A stretch of 64,000 bases of DNA, from the NCBI GenBank assembly GCA_036679065.1, contig JAZIGN010000003.1, forward strand, positions 128,001 through 192,000, in the 5' to 3' direction. A model generated the notes under the pieces. That model did no database searches, was not told where the DNA came from, and worked only from the letters and a program-made list of their open reading frames with translations. Positions 43,028 to 51,700 of the stretch are shown here, piece by piece (the first letter of the stretch is position 1; each line of letters starts with the position of its first letter). Made by a program: the position numbers and the translations under genes. The stretch comes from Coprothermobacterota bacterium (GTDB lineage: Bacteria; Coprothermobacterota; Coprothermobacteria; Coprothermobacterales; Coprothermobacteraceae).

Positions 43028-43214
43028 ACATTTCACCCTCCCTTTGAATAAATCTGTGGTCAAAACTTAGGTGATCAAGTGCAAATAACAGCACCTACTG
43101 TAGGTTTGTAAATTATTATACATTACATTTTAGGTAGCACAACCATTAAAGAAGAACTACACACTTATGTACAAATATGGGAATCGGATATGGAATAAAC
43201 GATTAAATCTGCAG

Positions 43215-44096
43215 TTAAAAACTGCTAGTTAGCTTTACCAAAGGGGGCATCCAATCTACGTAGTAGCCCAGTGTTTGAGCTACAAAACGCAGGGGAACCA
43301 TGGTGGTTCCTCTTACCAGCTCAGGGGTGGTGTCCATCTCCACCGAGATGCCACCGATGATAACTGTGGTTTGATCGATGAACAAGGTAATAAAAGGTCT
43401 ATTATTCTCTGACTGCTGTTTTTCATCCATGGCAGCATTTGATACGTTATAGGGGGTGTAAATCATGACCTTTTTCATGGCGGGATCAGAAAAATCATAG
43501 TCCACAGTGTAACCCAGTACTTCTGCAAAAAACCTTACCGGCACCATGGTTCTTCCTTCCCTCAAATAGGGAGCCACAGGCAATTTGGTAGGCTTATCAT
43601 TGACACGGCACCAAGGCCTTCCTATTTGAAGCTCCACTTCCAGAGGAGACCGTTCTGGAACAGTTGATGCACTTTCTTTTAGCTGCATGGGTTTAACAAT
43701 CAAAGAAAACACCATTCGCTGATAACCGGGAACGATTACCACACCCACCAAGCGGCTTCCAGTAACTACTTCAGGAGGCAATGTTATGCGGGCTTTACCA
43801 TCCGTTCCTACTGTGGCAGTGGTTGTGTAATTGCCCACCATAACCGTTACCAGTGAATCAGGCGCTATGGCGGTGGGCGTACTGGCACTGGTTACATCAC
43901 GCAAAGTAAGGGTGACACTGGCTTCTGTGTTCTCCGTAACAGCCAATGGATATGCGGTAACCTCAAGGGCTTTAAGCGCAAGTGGTGCAAAAAATGTCTG
44001 AGCAGAAACATTTTTCATAGGTAGTAGGCTGTAGCCCAGAAGAGATAAAAACAAAACAATGCAAACAACTTTACGAAATACCCTTTTCATTGCCAT
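43215..44096 (-). CDS. Secreted protein with C-terminal Cu-amine-oxidase-N (stalk) domain
   Basis: Signal peptide; APYLREGRTMVPVRF...DFSDPAMK shared with the 34849-37638 C-terminus. Confidence 0.8.
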   Translation of the reverse strand: MAMKRVFRKVVCIVLFLSLLGYSLLPMKNVSAQTFFAPLALKALEVTAYPLAVTENTEASVTLTLRDVTSASTPTAIAPDSLVTVMVGNYTTTATVGTDGKARITLPPEVVTGSRLVGVVIVPGYQRMVFSLIVKPMQLKESASTVPERSPLEVELQIGRPWCRVNDKPTKLPVAPYLREGRTMVPVRFFAEVLGYTVDYDFSDPAMKKVMIYTPYNVSNAAMDEKQQSENNRPFITLFIDQTTVIIGGISVEMDTTPELVRGTTMVPLRFVAQTLGYYVDWMPPLVKLTSSF

Positions 44097-44111
44097 TTAC
44101 TCTAATAATAC

Positions 44112-44126
44112 GCAACGAACGTGCCA
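44112..44126 (-). promoter_or_regulatory. Sigma54 (-24/-12) promoter
   Basis: TGGCACGTTCGTTGC, nearly identical to 37901-37915. Confidence 0.72.
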
Positions 44127-44151
44127 CCACAGGCTTGTAACCCTCCATTTT

Positions 44152-44739
44152 TTACTTCAGCGTTTCCAGTAAACGGTTGTAGGCTTCCTCAGCAGGTAGC
44201 AGCTCCGCACTGCTATTCAAGAAGAGCAAAGTGGGCACCTTTAGCCTAAGGAGTGTGTCCCACTGATGCGTAACCAAGAGTACCACAGCTTGATTTCCGT
44301 ATTCCTTAAGCGTGTTCTCAATCATGATGGTACTGGGCTGGTCCAAATGCGCGGTTATTTCATCCACCAAAAGCGTTTTTGGCATAAGCGCCATAACTTG
44401 TGTCAAACCCAGCATGGCTTTTTCACCGCCGCTTAGCTTCATGGCATTGAGGCGCCTTTTACTTTGCAGTGGGCTATTGTCAGGCAAGTGTTTCACATCA
44501 AAAAGACGCAGGTTGTCTTCCACGGAAGCGTTCAGTGGCTGGTAGTGTTGTGGAATGTATCCAAGGGGCTTGTCCATGTTAATTGTGCCTTCAAAAGGGA
44601 ATAAACCCATCAGTACACGTAAAAAGGTGGTCTTACCAGCACCATTTGGGCCCATGACAAGGTAAAGCCCCTCTTTAAGCTGTAGATTCACTGCAAAATG
44701 CTTCTGCGCGACGGTGAAGCGCACATCAGCGCTGAGCAC
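44152..44739 (-). CDS. tupC: Tungstate ABC transporter ATPase
   Basis: GPNGAGKTT, LSGGE, LLVDE; operon context. Confidence 0.75.
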   Translation of the reverse strand: MLSADVRFTVAQKHFAVNLQLKEGLYLVMGPNGAGKTTFLRVLMGLFPFEGTINMDKPLGYIPQHYQPLNASVEDNLRLFDVKHLPDNSPLQSKRRLNAMKLSGGEKAMLGLTQVMALMPKTLLVDEITAHLDQPSTIMIENTLKEYGNQAVVLLVTHQWDTLLRLKVPTLLFLNSSAELLPAEEAYNRLLETLK

Positions 44740-45349
44740 GACTGGTTACCTCCAAAACCATGGAAGGAACTAAGCTTATAAGCAGTAGCACTACTCCCAT
44801 GGCAACAGCATTAGCAAACTGCCCCAGGTTTGTTCGGTACATGATCTCTGTTGCCAAGGTGGCGGTATAACCCACTATGGCTCCACCGCTCAAGGTGGCA
44901 GCACCTACTTCGCCAAGGATTCTACCCCAAGTTAAGAATCCGATGTTCACCAGGCTGCCGCGTAAATGCAGCATCATGGCTTTAACACGTCTGCTGGGCA
45001 GATTAACCAGTATGAATTCTTCCATATCCCGAGGCAAGTTCACACGCTGCTGCAAGCACAAACTTATTGCCATGGGCATGGCAAGTAAAAACTGCGCTAC
45101 CACCAATGCCTTGGGAGTAAAGAGCCAGCGAAGGAAACCCAGAGGGCCTTGCCTAGAGAAAAGCAAATAAACCAACAAACCAACTAACACAGGTGGAATA
45201 CTGCTTATTGCACGCCAGAAACTCAAATGTGACCACGGGCTTCTAACAAAAGAAGCGTAAAGAGTAGCAACAAGCAAAGCAAAGGCACACGCCACAGCCG
45301 TGGTCAAGACGGTAAAAACGAGCGTGCGCCCAATAAGTGCTAAATCCAC
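44726..45349 (-). CDS. tupB: Tungstate ABC transporter permease
   Basis: PPVLVGLLVYLLFSRQGPLG, GRILGEVGA...GGAI. Confidence 0.85.
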   Translation of the reverse strand: MDLALIGRTLVFTVLTTAVACAFALLVATLYASFVRSPWSHLSFWRAISSIPPVLVGLLVYLLFSRQGPLGFLRWLFTPKALVVAQFLLAMPMAISLCLQQRVNLPRDMEEFILVNLPSRRVKAMMLHLRGSLVNIGFLTWGRILGEVGAATLSGGAIVGYTATLATEIMYRTNLGQFANAVAMGVVLLLISLVPSMVLEVTSRAQR

Positions 45350-45381
45350 TGTTCCTTAACTTTCAGCTGTGCCCTAAGGAA

Positions 45382-46206
45382 TTATTCCTCGTCTAAAGGC
45401 TCAAAGAAGAACTGCTGCATGAGCTCTCGTGCTTCATCGGTTTTCAAGTAGTCAGCCAGCACTTGGTACTGTGGGTCGTTATAAAGGAAGCTGTAAATGT
45501 TTTCTCCTTCTGCTGAAGTGGTTATGAAATCTAAGTTGGTAAGCTGATCTTTGTTATTCATCCAGGTAGATTGGTCGGTAAGAATGTAAGCACTTTTCTC
45601 ATTTGCAATTTGCAACGAATTGAGCATTCCAGCTTGGGTTTTTATGTACCATTCACCAAAAGTGTCCGGATCAAGCCCGATGCTCTTCCAAATGTTTCTT
45701 TCCTTTACGTCGGTACCGCTGTTGTCATTGCGGTTAACGAAAGGCAGTTGTTTTTCATAAATGACCTGAAAAGCTTCTGGTAGCGTTTTCTCTTTCACAG
45801 CGGCTGGATCGTCTTTTGGACCCACCAAGTAGAAGTAGTTTTTCATAAAAGGCATACGAGTCCAACCTGCATCAACCAAAGCTTGTTCCAGATCAGGTGC
45901 ATGTGTGATACCCACCTGTGCATCGCCGCGCTGCAGGAGTTCAATGGTGGCACCAGACCCCTGAGCCACTAAGTTGATTGTGTAACCGCTGACTTTTTCC
46001 ATTTCCTTTACCAGCACCTCAGCTAAGCCTGAATCCCTAAAAGACGTTGTAGTTGCAAGAACAATGGTACCTTTGCTACCAGGCTCTGGATAACCCGTGG
46101 ACTCTTCCTCCGTTTTTGGTTTGCTGCAACCAGCAAGCGTTACACCGAGAGCAACCAAAACCAAACAAACCAAAGAAATCTTTACCCAATTCTTTCTCAC
46201 GTACAA
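45382..46206 (-). CDS. tupA: Tungstate-binding lipoprotein
   Basis: LAGC lipobox, LATTTS..DSGL, RNDNSGT; start codon uncertain (46200-46209). Confidence 0.88.
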   Translation of the reverse strand: MYVRKNWVKISLVCLVLVALGVTLAGCSKPKTEEESTGYPEPGSKGTIVLATTTSFRDSGLAEVLVKEMEKVSGYTINLVAQGSGATIELLQRGDAQVGITHAPDLEQALVDAGWTRMPFMKNYFYLVGPKDDPAAVKEKTLPEAFQVIYEKQLPFVNRNDNSGTDVKERNIWKSIGLDPDTFGEWYIKTQAGMLNSLQIANEKSAYILTDQSTWMNNKDQLTNLDFITTSAEGENIYSFLYNDPQYQVLADYLKTDEARELMQQFFFEPLDEE

Positions 46207-46347
46207 CAAACGCACCCCCTTTAGCAATACTTTAATCATTCTAACATGCCCTTGCATGTGAAAGGCTGTGATATGTAAGAAATTTCATAATTGTATGAGA
46301 CAATTTATAGGTTCTGCGTAGTAAAGAAAAGAAAGGAGAAGTAGGTT

Positions 46348-46444
46348 ATGCCAGAAAACAGAAGTAATATGCCTTTTAGTGTGGATAATCATTTAACTTT
46401 AAGCGAAGGAAGCCGCATAAAGCATGTCGTAGCCGTGGTCAGTG
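46348..46444 (+). pseudogene. mrp: Mrp/ApbC (NBP35) ATPase, 5' fragment
   Basis: AGGAG RBS; MPENR...IKHVVAVVS(G), cut at the SGKGGVGKS Walker A by the IS. Confidence 0.85.
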
Positions 46445-46484
46445 GTGACCTCCTCCCACCCCTAAAAGGGGTGAGCTTCCTCTT

Positions 46485-47723
46485 TCACTGAGGAAAGCTT
46501 ACGCGGATATAGGGATTGCTCCCCAGTATCCGCGCAGCGGCCTCCCTCTCCGGAGGCTTGAGTTCGGGCCGGTCCAGCCCTACGGCCTGTTCAACACCCA
46601 GGCCAAGCCCCTTTCTCAGAATGACAAGTGCAGCGTTCACGTCCCTGTCGCACTTCCAGCCGCACTCGCACTCAATTACTCTGTCCCACAGGGAGAGTTC
46701 TCTCCTCTTCCCGCAGGCAAAACACTCTTTGGTGGTGGTCTCCGTCCTCTCCACGGCCACAGGCGTCTCAAGGCTGGTCCTCAACCTTGACTTCAGTCCG
46801 CCTATCCCCGAGGAGTGGATCTGCCTGCCGAAAAGCGCCGACCACCCCTTCACACAGTCGTCCTGGAATACTACCTTCCGGTATATCTTCAGAAACGCCA
46901 GGACCTTGTTTTGAGCATCTTTACGCCTGTTGTTCAGCTTTTCGTATTCCTTCCTCAGAAGAAACTGGATCCTTTCTCTGTTTCTGGAGCCTTTTTGTGT
47001 TCCGGCCAGCTTCCTCTGAAGTTGCTTCAACCTCCGCGTTTCGTGAACTTCAAAGTCTATCCTGATCCCGTTGGATAATGTCAGCTTCGAGCTGACCCCA
47101 AAGTCTATCCCGATGTCTTTATCAACTCGATTCCGGGAAGTACTACTGTCTTTCGGGAGGTAGCACGTCACATGCAGGTAGTATCCGCTGGGTTTTCGAA
47201 GCAGCACGGCGTTCGCTATCTCCGCATCAGCAGGTATCTGATGCAGACCCAGCACACGGAACTTCCCCAGCTTCTGAATCCTAACCCTGTTCCCAGCAAA
47301 GTCTAAGTTGTACGTCACGCCGTACTGCTTGAGCGGTATCGAATTGACAAACCTTTTACACTTAAGAGCTCCGACCTTGCGGCCGTTTTTCTTCAGTTTC
47401 CCGAGTGCCAGGAGGTTGTCTTTGAGCCGGTCTGCTATCTCCTGCTTTATTTGGGAGCCGAGGACGGTCAGCTCCCTCTGCTCATAACTATCTCCCGCTT
47501 TGACTTCAACCGCGCTTACCTTGTTGGCGGGAATACCTAGCCGCTCCGTGTCCGACACCAGCCAGTTGTACAGCCACTTTGCTTCCAGAAATGCTTTCCT
47601 GAGCACCTCAGCTTTCCCTTTGGAAAGGTTCTGGAGCTTCAACTCGTACACAGTGGGTTTTTGGGTTTCTCTGCGTTGTCTTGTCTCCTGGAGAGTATTT
47701 GTTATCCGTTCCACCTTGGTCAT
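46485..47723 (-). CDS. tnpB: TnpB-family RNA-guided endonuclease (non-canonical RuvC-II)
   Basis: IGIDFG (RuvC-I), VFQDD (RuvC-II position), CFAC..CEC zinc finger, DRDVNAA (RuvC-III). Confidence 0.92.
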   Translation of the reverse strand: MTKVERITNTLQETRQRRETQKPTVYELKLQNLSKGKAEVLRKAFLEAKWLYNWLVSDTERLGIPANKVSAVEVKAGDSYEQRELTVLGSQIKQEIADRLKDNLLALGKLKKNGRKVGALKCKRFVNSIPLKQYGVTYNLDFAGNRVRIQKLGKFRVLGLHQIPADAEIANAVLLRKPSGYYLHVTCYLPKDSSTSRNRVDKDIGIDFGVSSKLTLSNGIRIDFEVHETRRLKQLQRKLAGTQKGSRNRERIQFLLRKEYEKLNNRRKDAQNKVLAFLKIYRKVVFQDDCVKGWSALFGRQIHSSGIGGLKSRLRTSLETPVAVERTETTTKECFACGKRRELSLWDRVIECECGWKCDRDVNAALVILRKGLGLGVEQAVGLDRPELKPPEREAAARILGSNPYIRVSFPQ

Positions 47724-47728
47724 ACCGG

Positions 47729-48130
47729 TTACTTCCCTTTCTGGTCCTCAATGTACTTCCTTATGCTCTCTTCCGATATGTCTCCGACCGACTCACAGTA
47801 GTACGAGCGCGTCCACAGGGAGGGAAGCCGGCTTTTCAGGAAAGGAAACTCTTCCCTAAGCACCCTGGAGGTATAGCTCTTCAACTGATGGACGATAAAA
47901 TGAGGACTATTGGTAGGATCAGTTTTTACGAAGAGATGCACATGATCTGGCATGACCTCCATCTGAACGATTTCCACTCCAATTTCCTGGGCTTTTTGGA
48001 GCAACAGCTCCTTCAGCCGCTCAGTTACTTCACCCACCAGGACTTTGCGCCGGTACTTAGGGCACCAGATGAGGTGGTAGCCGATGTTGTATACTGTTGT
48101 GGCTGATCGTTTCCATCGTTTGCCGTTCAT
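47729..48130 (-). CDS. tnpA: IS200-type Y1 HUH transposase
   Basis: YHLIWCPKYRR, DHVHL (HUH), LWTRSYY, KYIEDQ. Confidence 0.96.
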   Translation of the reverse strand: MNGKRWKRSATTVYNIGYHLIWCPKYRRKVLVGEVTERLKELLLQKAQEIGVEIVQMEVMPDHVHLFVKTDPTNSPHFIVHQLKSYTSRVLREEFPFLKSRLPSLWTRSYYCESVGDISEESIRKYIEDQKGK

Positions 48131-48236
48131 TGCTTTATTATACTACAAATATAGTTCTCCGCATTGCATCTAACAGTCTAAGCCAGGATGCCTTTCATCC
48201 CACCTTTGAAAGGGTGGGCTTTCCCGGCGTGGGATC

Positions 48237-48659
48237 GTAAACTGGGGCGAACTGGATTACCTGCTTGTGGACATGCCGCCTGGAACCAGCGATGTGCCGC
48301 TAACGGTGATGCAGATGCTCCCACTTCAGGGCGTAGTAGTAGTAACCTCTCCACAGGACATGGCACGTTCAGTGGTAAAGAAAGCGTACCACATGGCAAA
48401 TCAGCTTCAAGTGCCTGTGCTTGGTTTGGTAGAAAACATGAGCTACGTAACCTGCCCTCACTGCGGAGAGAGGTTTTCTGTCTTTGGTCAAAAGCCCCTT
48501 AGTGAAGCTGCTCAGGAGTTCAATGTTCAAGTATGTGCTGAAATGCCGCTGGATCCACAATTGGCAGAGCTAACTGATAAAGGAGATATTGAGAATATAG
48601 GCGAAAGCATAGGTCTAACGCTGCAAAGTATGGTGGAAGCTTTGGCATCTATGCCCTAA
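48237..48659 (+). pseudogene. mrp: Mrp/ApbC ATPase, 3' fragment
   Basis: VNWGELDYLLVDMPPGTSD...GLVENMS..CPHC; the central part of the gene is missing. Confidence 0.9.
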
Positions 48660-48691
48660 TGCAGAAAACAGTCTGCAAATTACAAAAAACC

Positions 48692-48727
48692 AAAAGGGGG
48701 AGCCCGTTACCGGGCGCCCCTTTTTTC
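48692..48727. terminator. Bidirectional terminator
   Basis: AAAAGGGGGAGCCCG-TTAC-CGGGCGCCCCTTTTTTT between convergent genes. Confidence 0.8.
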
Positions 48728-48745
48728 TTCATCAACTGCTCCTAC

Positions 48746-51700
48746 TTACGGATACGTAATAGTTACTGTTCTTGCCACACCGTCCCACTTCACAGTAAAG
48801 CCAAAAGCTTCACTGATGAAGCGTACTGGTACCATGGTGCGGCTGTTCACTATCTCTGCTGGTAGTGGCATGGTAACCGTTTCGCCATCTACTACAGCTT
48901 CGGTGCTACCAATGACTACCTTCATGTTGTGACCAGCAAAATCTATAGTAACGGTCTTCGTTGCATCGTCCCAGCCTACCTTTGCCCCAAAAGCCTCTGC
49001 CACAAAGCGCAGTGGAACCATGGTGTAACCTTCCTTTATGTAAGGTGCAACGTCCAGTTCATAGGTATCCACGTTCACATCCATCTGCTTCGAACCAATG
49101 GTGAGTACTGCTGTGTGTTGCCTATCGTAAGCAAAGAGCCTGTAAGTTACGCTGCTGTTTCCAGCGCTATCAGTAACTGTAACTTTCATGATGTTCAGTC
49201 CCACAAAAGCCCTAAATGCGGCGTCTACTTTCACATTGCCCTCTGCATCAGCATTGGTAATCACTGGATCTGCCGCCAAGTTACCAGGAGCAAGAAGCTC
49301 CAACTGAACCTTTACCCGTGGTTCTGTCTTTGCAGTTACAGCAACCAGACGCTCTGTTAGCAAATCTTTTTCCTTGGGACTTAGAATTTCCATCTGTGGC
49401 GGGACAGTGTCCCTGATAACTTTTACTGATGCCAGTACTCTACCTGCTTCGTCTGTTATTTCAATAAGGTTTTCGCCTTCATTGGGCAAAGCCACGCCAG
49501 TGAGTACGTTTTCGCCCTCAGCTACATCGAAAGCTTTTTCACCGATGATTACCTGCTTAAGGTTGGCATCCAGTACCTTCACTGTGATATCCACTTGCAT
49601 TGTGTTAACCACAGTGTTATCTTGAGGCGTGAGTATGGTTAGACGCTCTTCACCCTCAGTGATGAAGAAGGGCTTCAAAGACACACCAGGTATGGTTACT
49701 GCTTTGGTCTTGTAGTCCAGTATCTCTTCTTGCTTCATCCCCTCTGGCACGATCATGTCTATAACAGCTGGTGCTGTCCCTTCTTCATTCCCTCCTCCAA
49801 ACCTCCACTGCTGCGCTTCCGGTGTCACTTGCCTTATCCTGTTTGTTCCAAATCCGTCTTGCCCTGCTACCATGACCATTATCTTGCTTTCTGCTGTTAA
49901 CTCTCCTACTACGTCCTTCGGTATGTTCACTACTACTTGCCCTGGTGCCCCTTCTGTGCCCTTTATCTCTACACCAAGATCCGCTGCATTAACTGCGTTT
50001 ATCTCTCCACTGCTTACCTTGTATACCTTGTTCTCCCAGCCTTCTATCTGCAATGCTACGTCCCACTTGAAGTTCTCTGCAAAACTGATGTTCAACCCCT
50101 CTATGCCTTGTGTTGTGCCTTCATCCGCTTTGTTGTCTATGAACAAGAAGTATGTGGCTTTGCTTAGTCCATTTGGAGAGGCCCATACGTTGTCAAGGTT
50201 ACCTACGGTGTATGTGGCTGTGTAACTGCCTTCGTACAGCCCAAGCTCAAACTTCAGCAGATCAAAGTCTCCGTCTTTGAACACGGGATCTGTTGGGTAG
50301 GTGTAGTAACCAGGTCCGTAATCGTCACCTTCTGGGTCCTCTATGACCACCGGCGTTAGCACTGCTACACTGGGCACCTGTATCCAGGGCTTCAAAGACA
50401 CGCCGGGTATGGTTACTGCCTTGGTCTTGTAGTCCAGTATTTCTTCTTGCTTCATCCCCTCTGGCACGATCATGTCTATAACTGCTGGTGCTGTCCCTTC
50501 TTCATTCCCTCCTCCAAACCTCCACTGCTGCGCTTCCGGTGTCACTTGCCGTATCCTGTTTGTCCCAAATCCGTCTTGCCCCGCTACCATGACCATTATC
50601 TTGCTTTCTGCTGTTAACTCCCCTACTACGTCCTTCGGTATGTTCACTACTACTTGCCCTGGTGCCCCTTCTGTGCCCTTTATCTCCACTCCAAGATCCG
50701 CTGCATTAACTGCGTTTATCTCCCCACTGCTTACCTTGTATACCTTGCTCTCCCAGCCTTCTATCTGCATTGCTACGTCCCACTTGAAGTTCTCTGCAAA
50801 ACTGATGTTCAACCCCTCTATGCCCTGTGTTGTGCCTTCATCTGCTTTGTTATCTATGAACAGGAAGTATGTGGCTTTGCTTAGTCCATTGTCACTACCC
50901 CATGCGTTGTCAAGGTTACCTACGGTGTATGTGGCTGTGTAGCTGCCTTCGTACAGTCCAAGCTCGAACTTCAGCAGGTCAAAGTCTCCGTCTTTGAACA
51001 CGGGGTCTGTTGGGTAGGTGTAATAACCAGGTCCGTAATCGTCACCTTCAGGGTCCTCTATGACCACCGGCGTTAGCACTGCCGCTGGAACTTCTGGTTC
51101 TTCCTCTTCTGCCTCTATGGGTGGCTCAACCTCTTCTTGTCCTGCAATTTCAGCGGTGTAGGTTCCTTCTGCAACCTTGATGTTATCTTCTAACACGGAC
51201 ACAGTGTAAATGTACTTGTGCCCAGCACGAGCCACATCTTCAAGACCGTCTTTTGCTTCCAGTGTGGTTACTTCACCAGTGGTTAAGTCGCGCTTTTCCA
51301 CTACGGCATTGCCACTAAAGGTAAGGGTAACCTTCTGACCATCAAAAGCGCCCTTAAGGTCTATCTGATCAGCTTTGCTAACGCTGTCAGTGGTTACTGC
51401 AAGCCGGGTTTCAAAAGGCTTCAACGTAAGGGTGAGGATGCCACCCTCAAGCTTCATGTCCTCACCTATGACACCCTTTAATGCGGCATCTTCTTTGAGG
51501 TAGTAGCCCACATCAACAGACACTGTAGCAGTTTCATCTGAACCATTGAACAGTGCCAAAGCTGTTCCGTTCTCGTCATAGCGCAGGTAAGCGATTACTC
51601 GGTCGCTGCCTTCCACCACAAGTGGCTGTATTTCTCCAGTTCTTAGGAAGGAGTACTCATTTCGCACTGCACCTAAGTTCTTATACCACTCCTGAAGGTT

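Larger units (their letters stand above)
46445..48236 (-). mobile_element. IS200/IS605-family element (tnpA+tnpB)
   Basis: Left end: TTAC| then AAAG at the foot of hairpin CCCACCCTTTCAAAGGTGGG. Right end: GAAG, hairpin CTCACCCCT-TTT-AGGGGTGGG, ending in TCAC|. No TIRs or target duplication. Confidence 0.93.

Noticed and set aside
44097..44110. Sigma70 -10 (TATTAT) for 43215-44096
   Set aside because: Better explained as the region downstream of the sigma54 -12 element, which matches a second site at 37901-37915
46283..46300. TCATA-ATTG-TATGA palindrome between tupA and mrp as a ModE-type operator
   Set aside because: Single short AT-rich palindrome with no second instance and no recognisable consensus
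48267..48659. 130-aa ORF as a standalone gene
   Set aside because: It is the C-terminal part of the IS-interrupted mrp and has no RBS of its own
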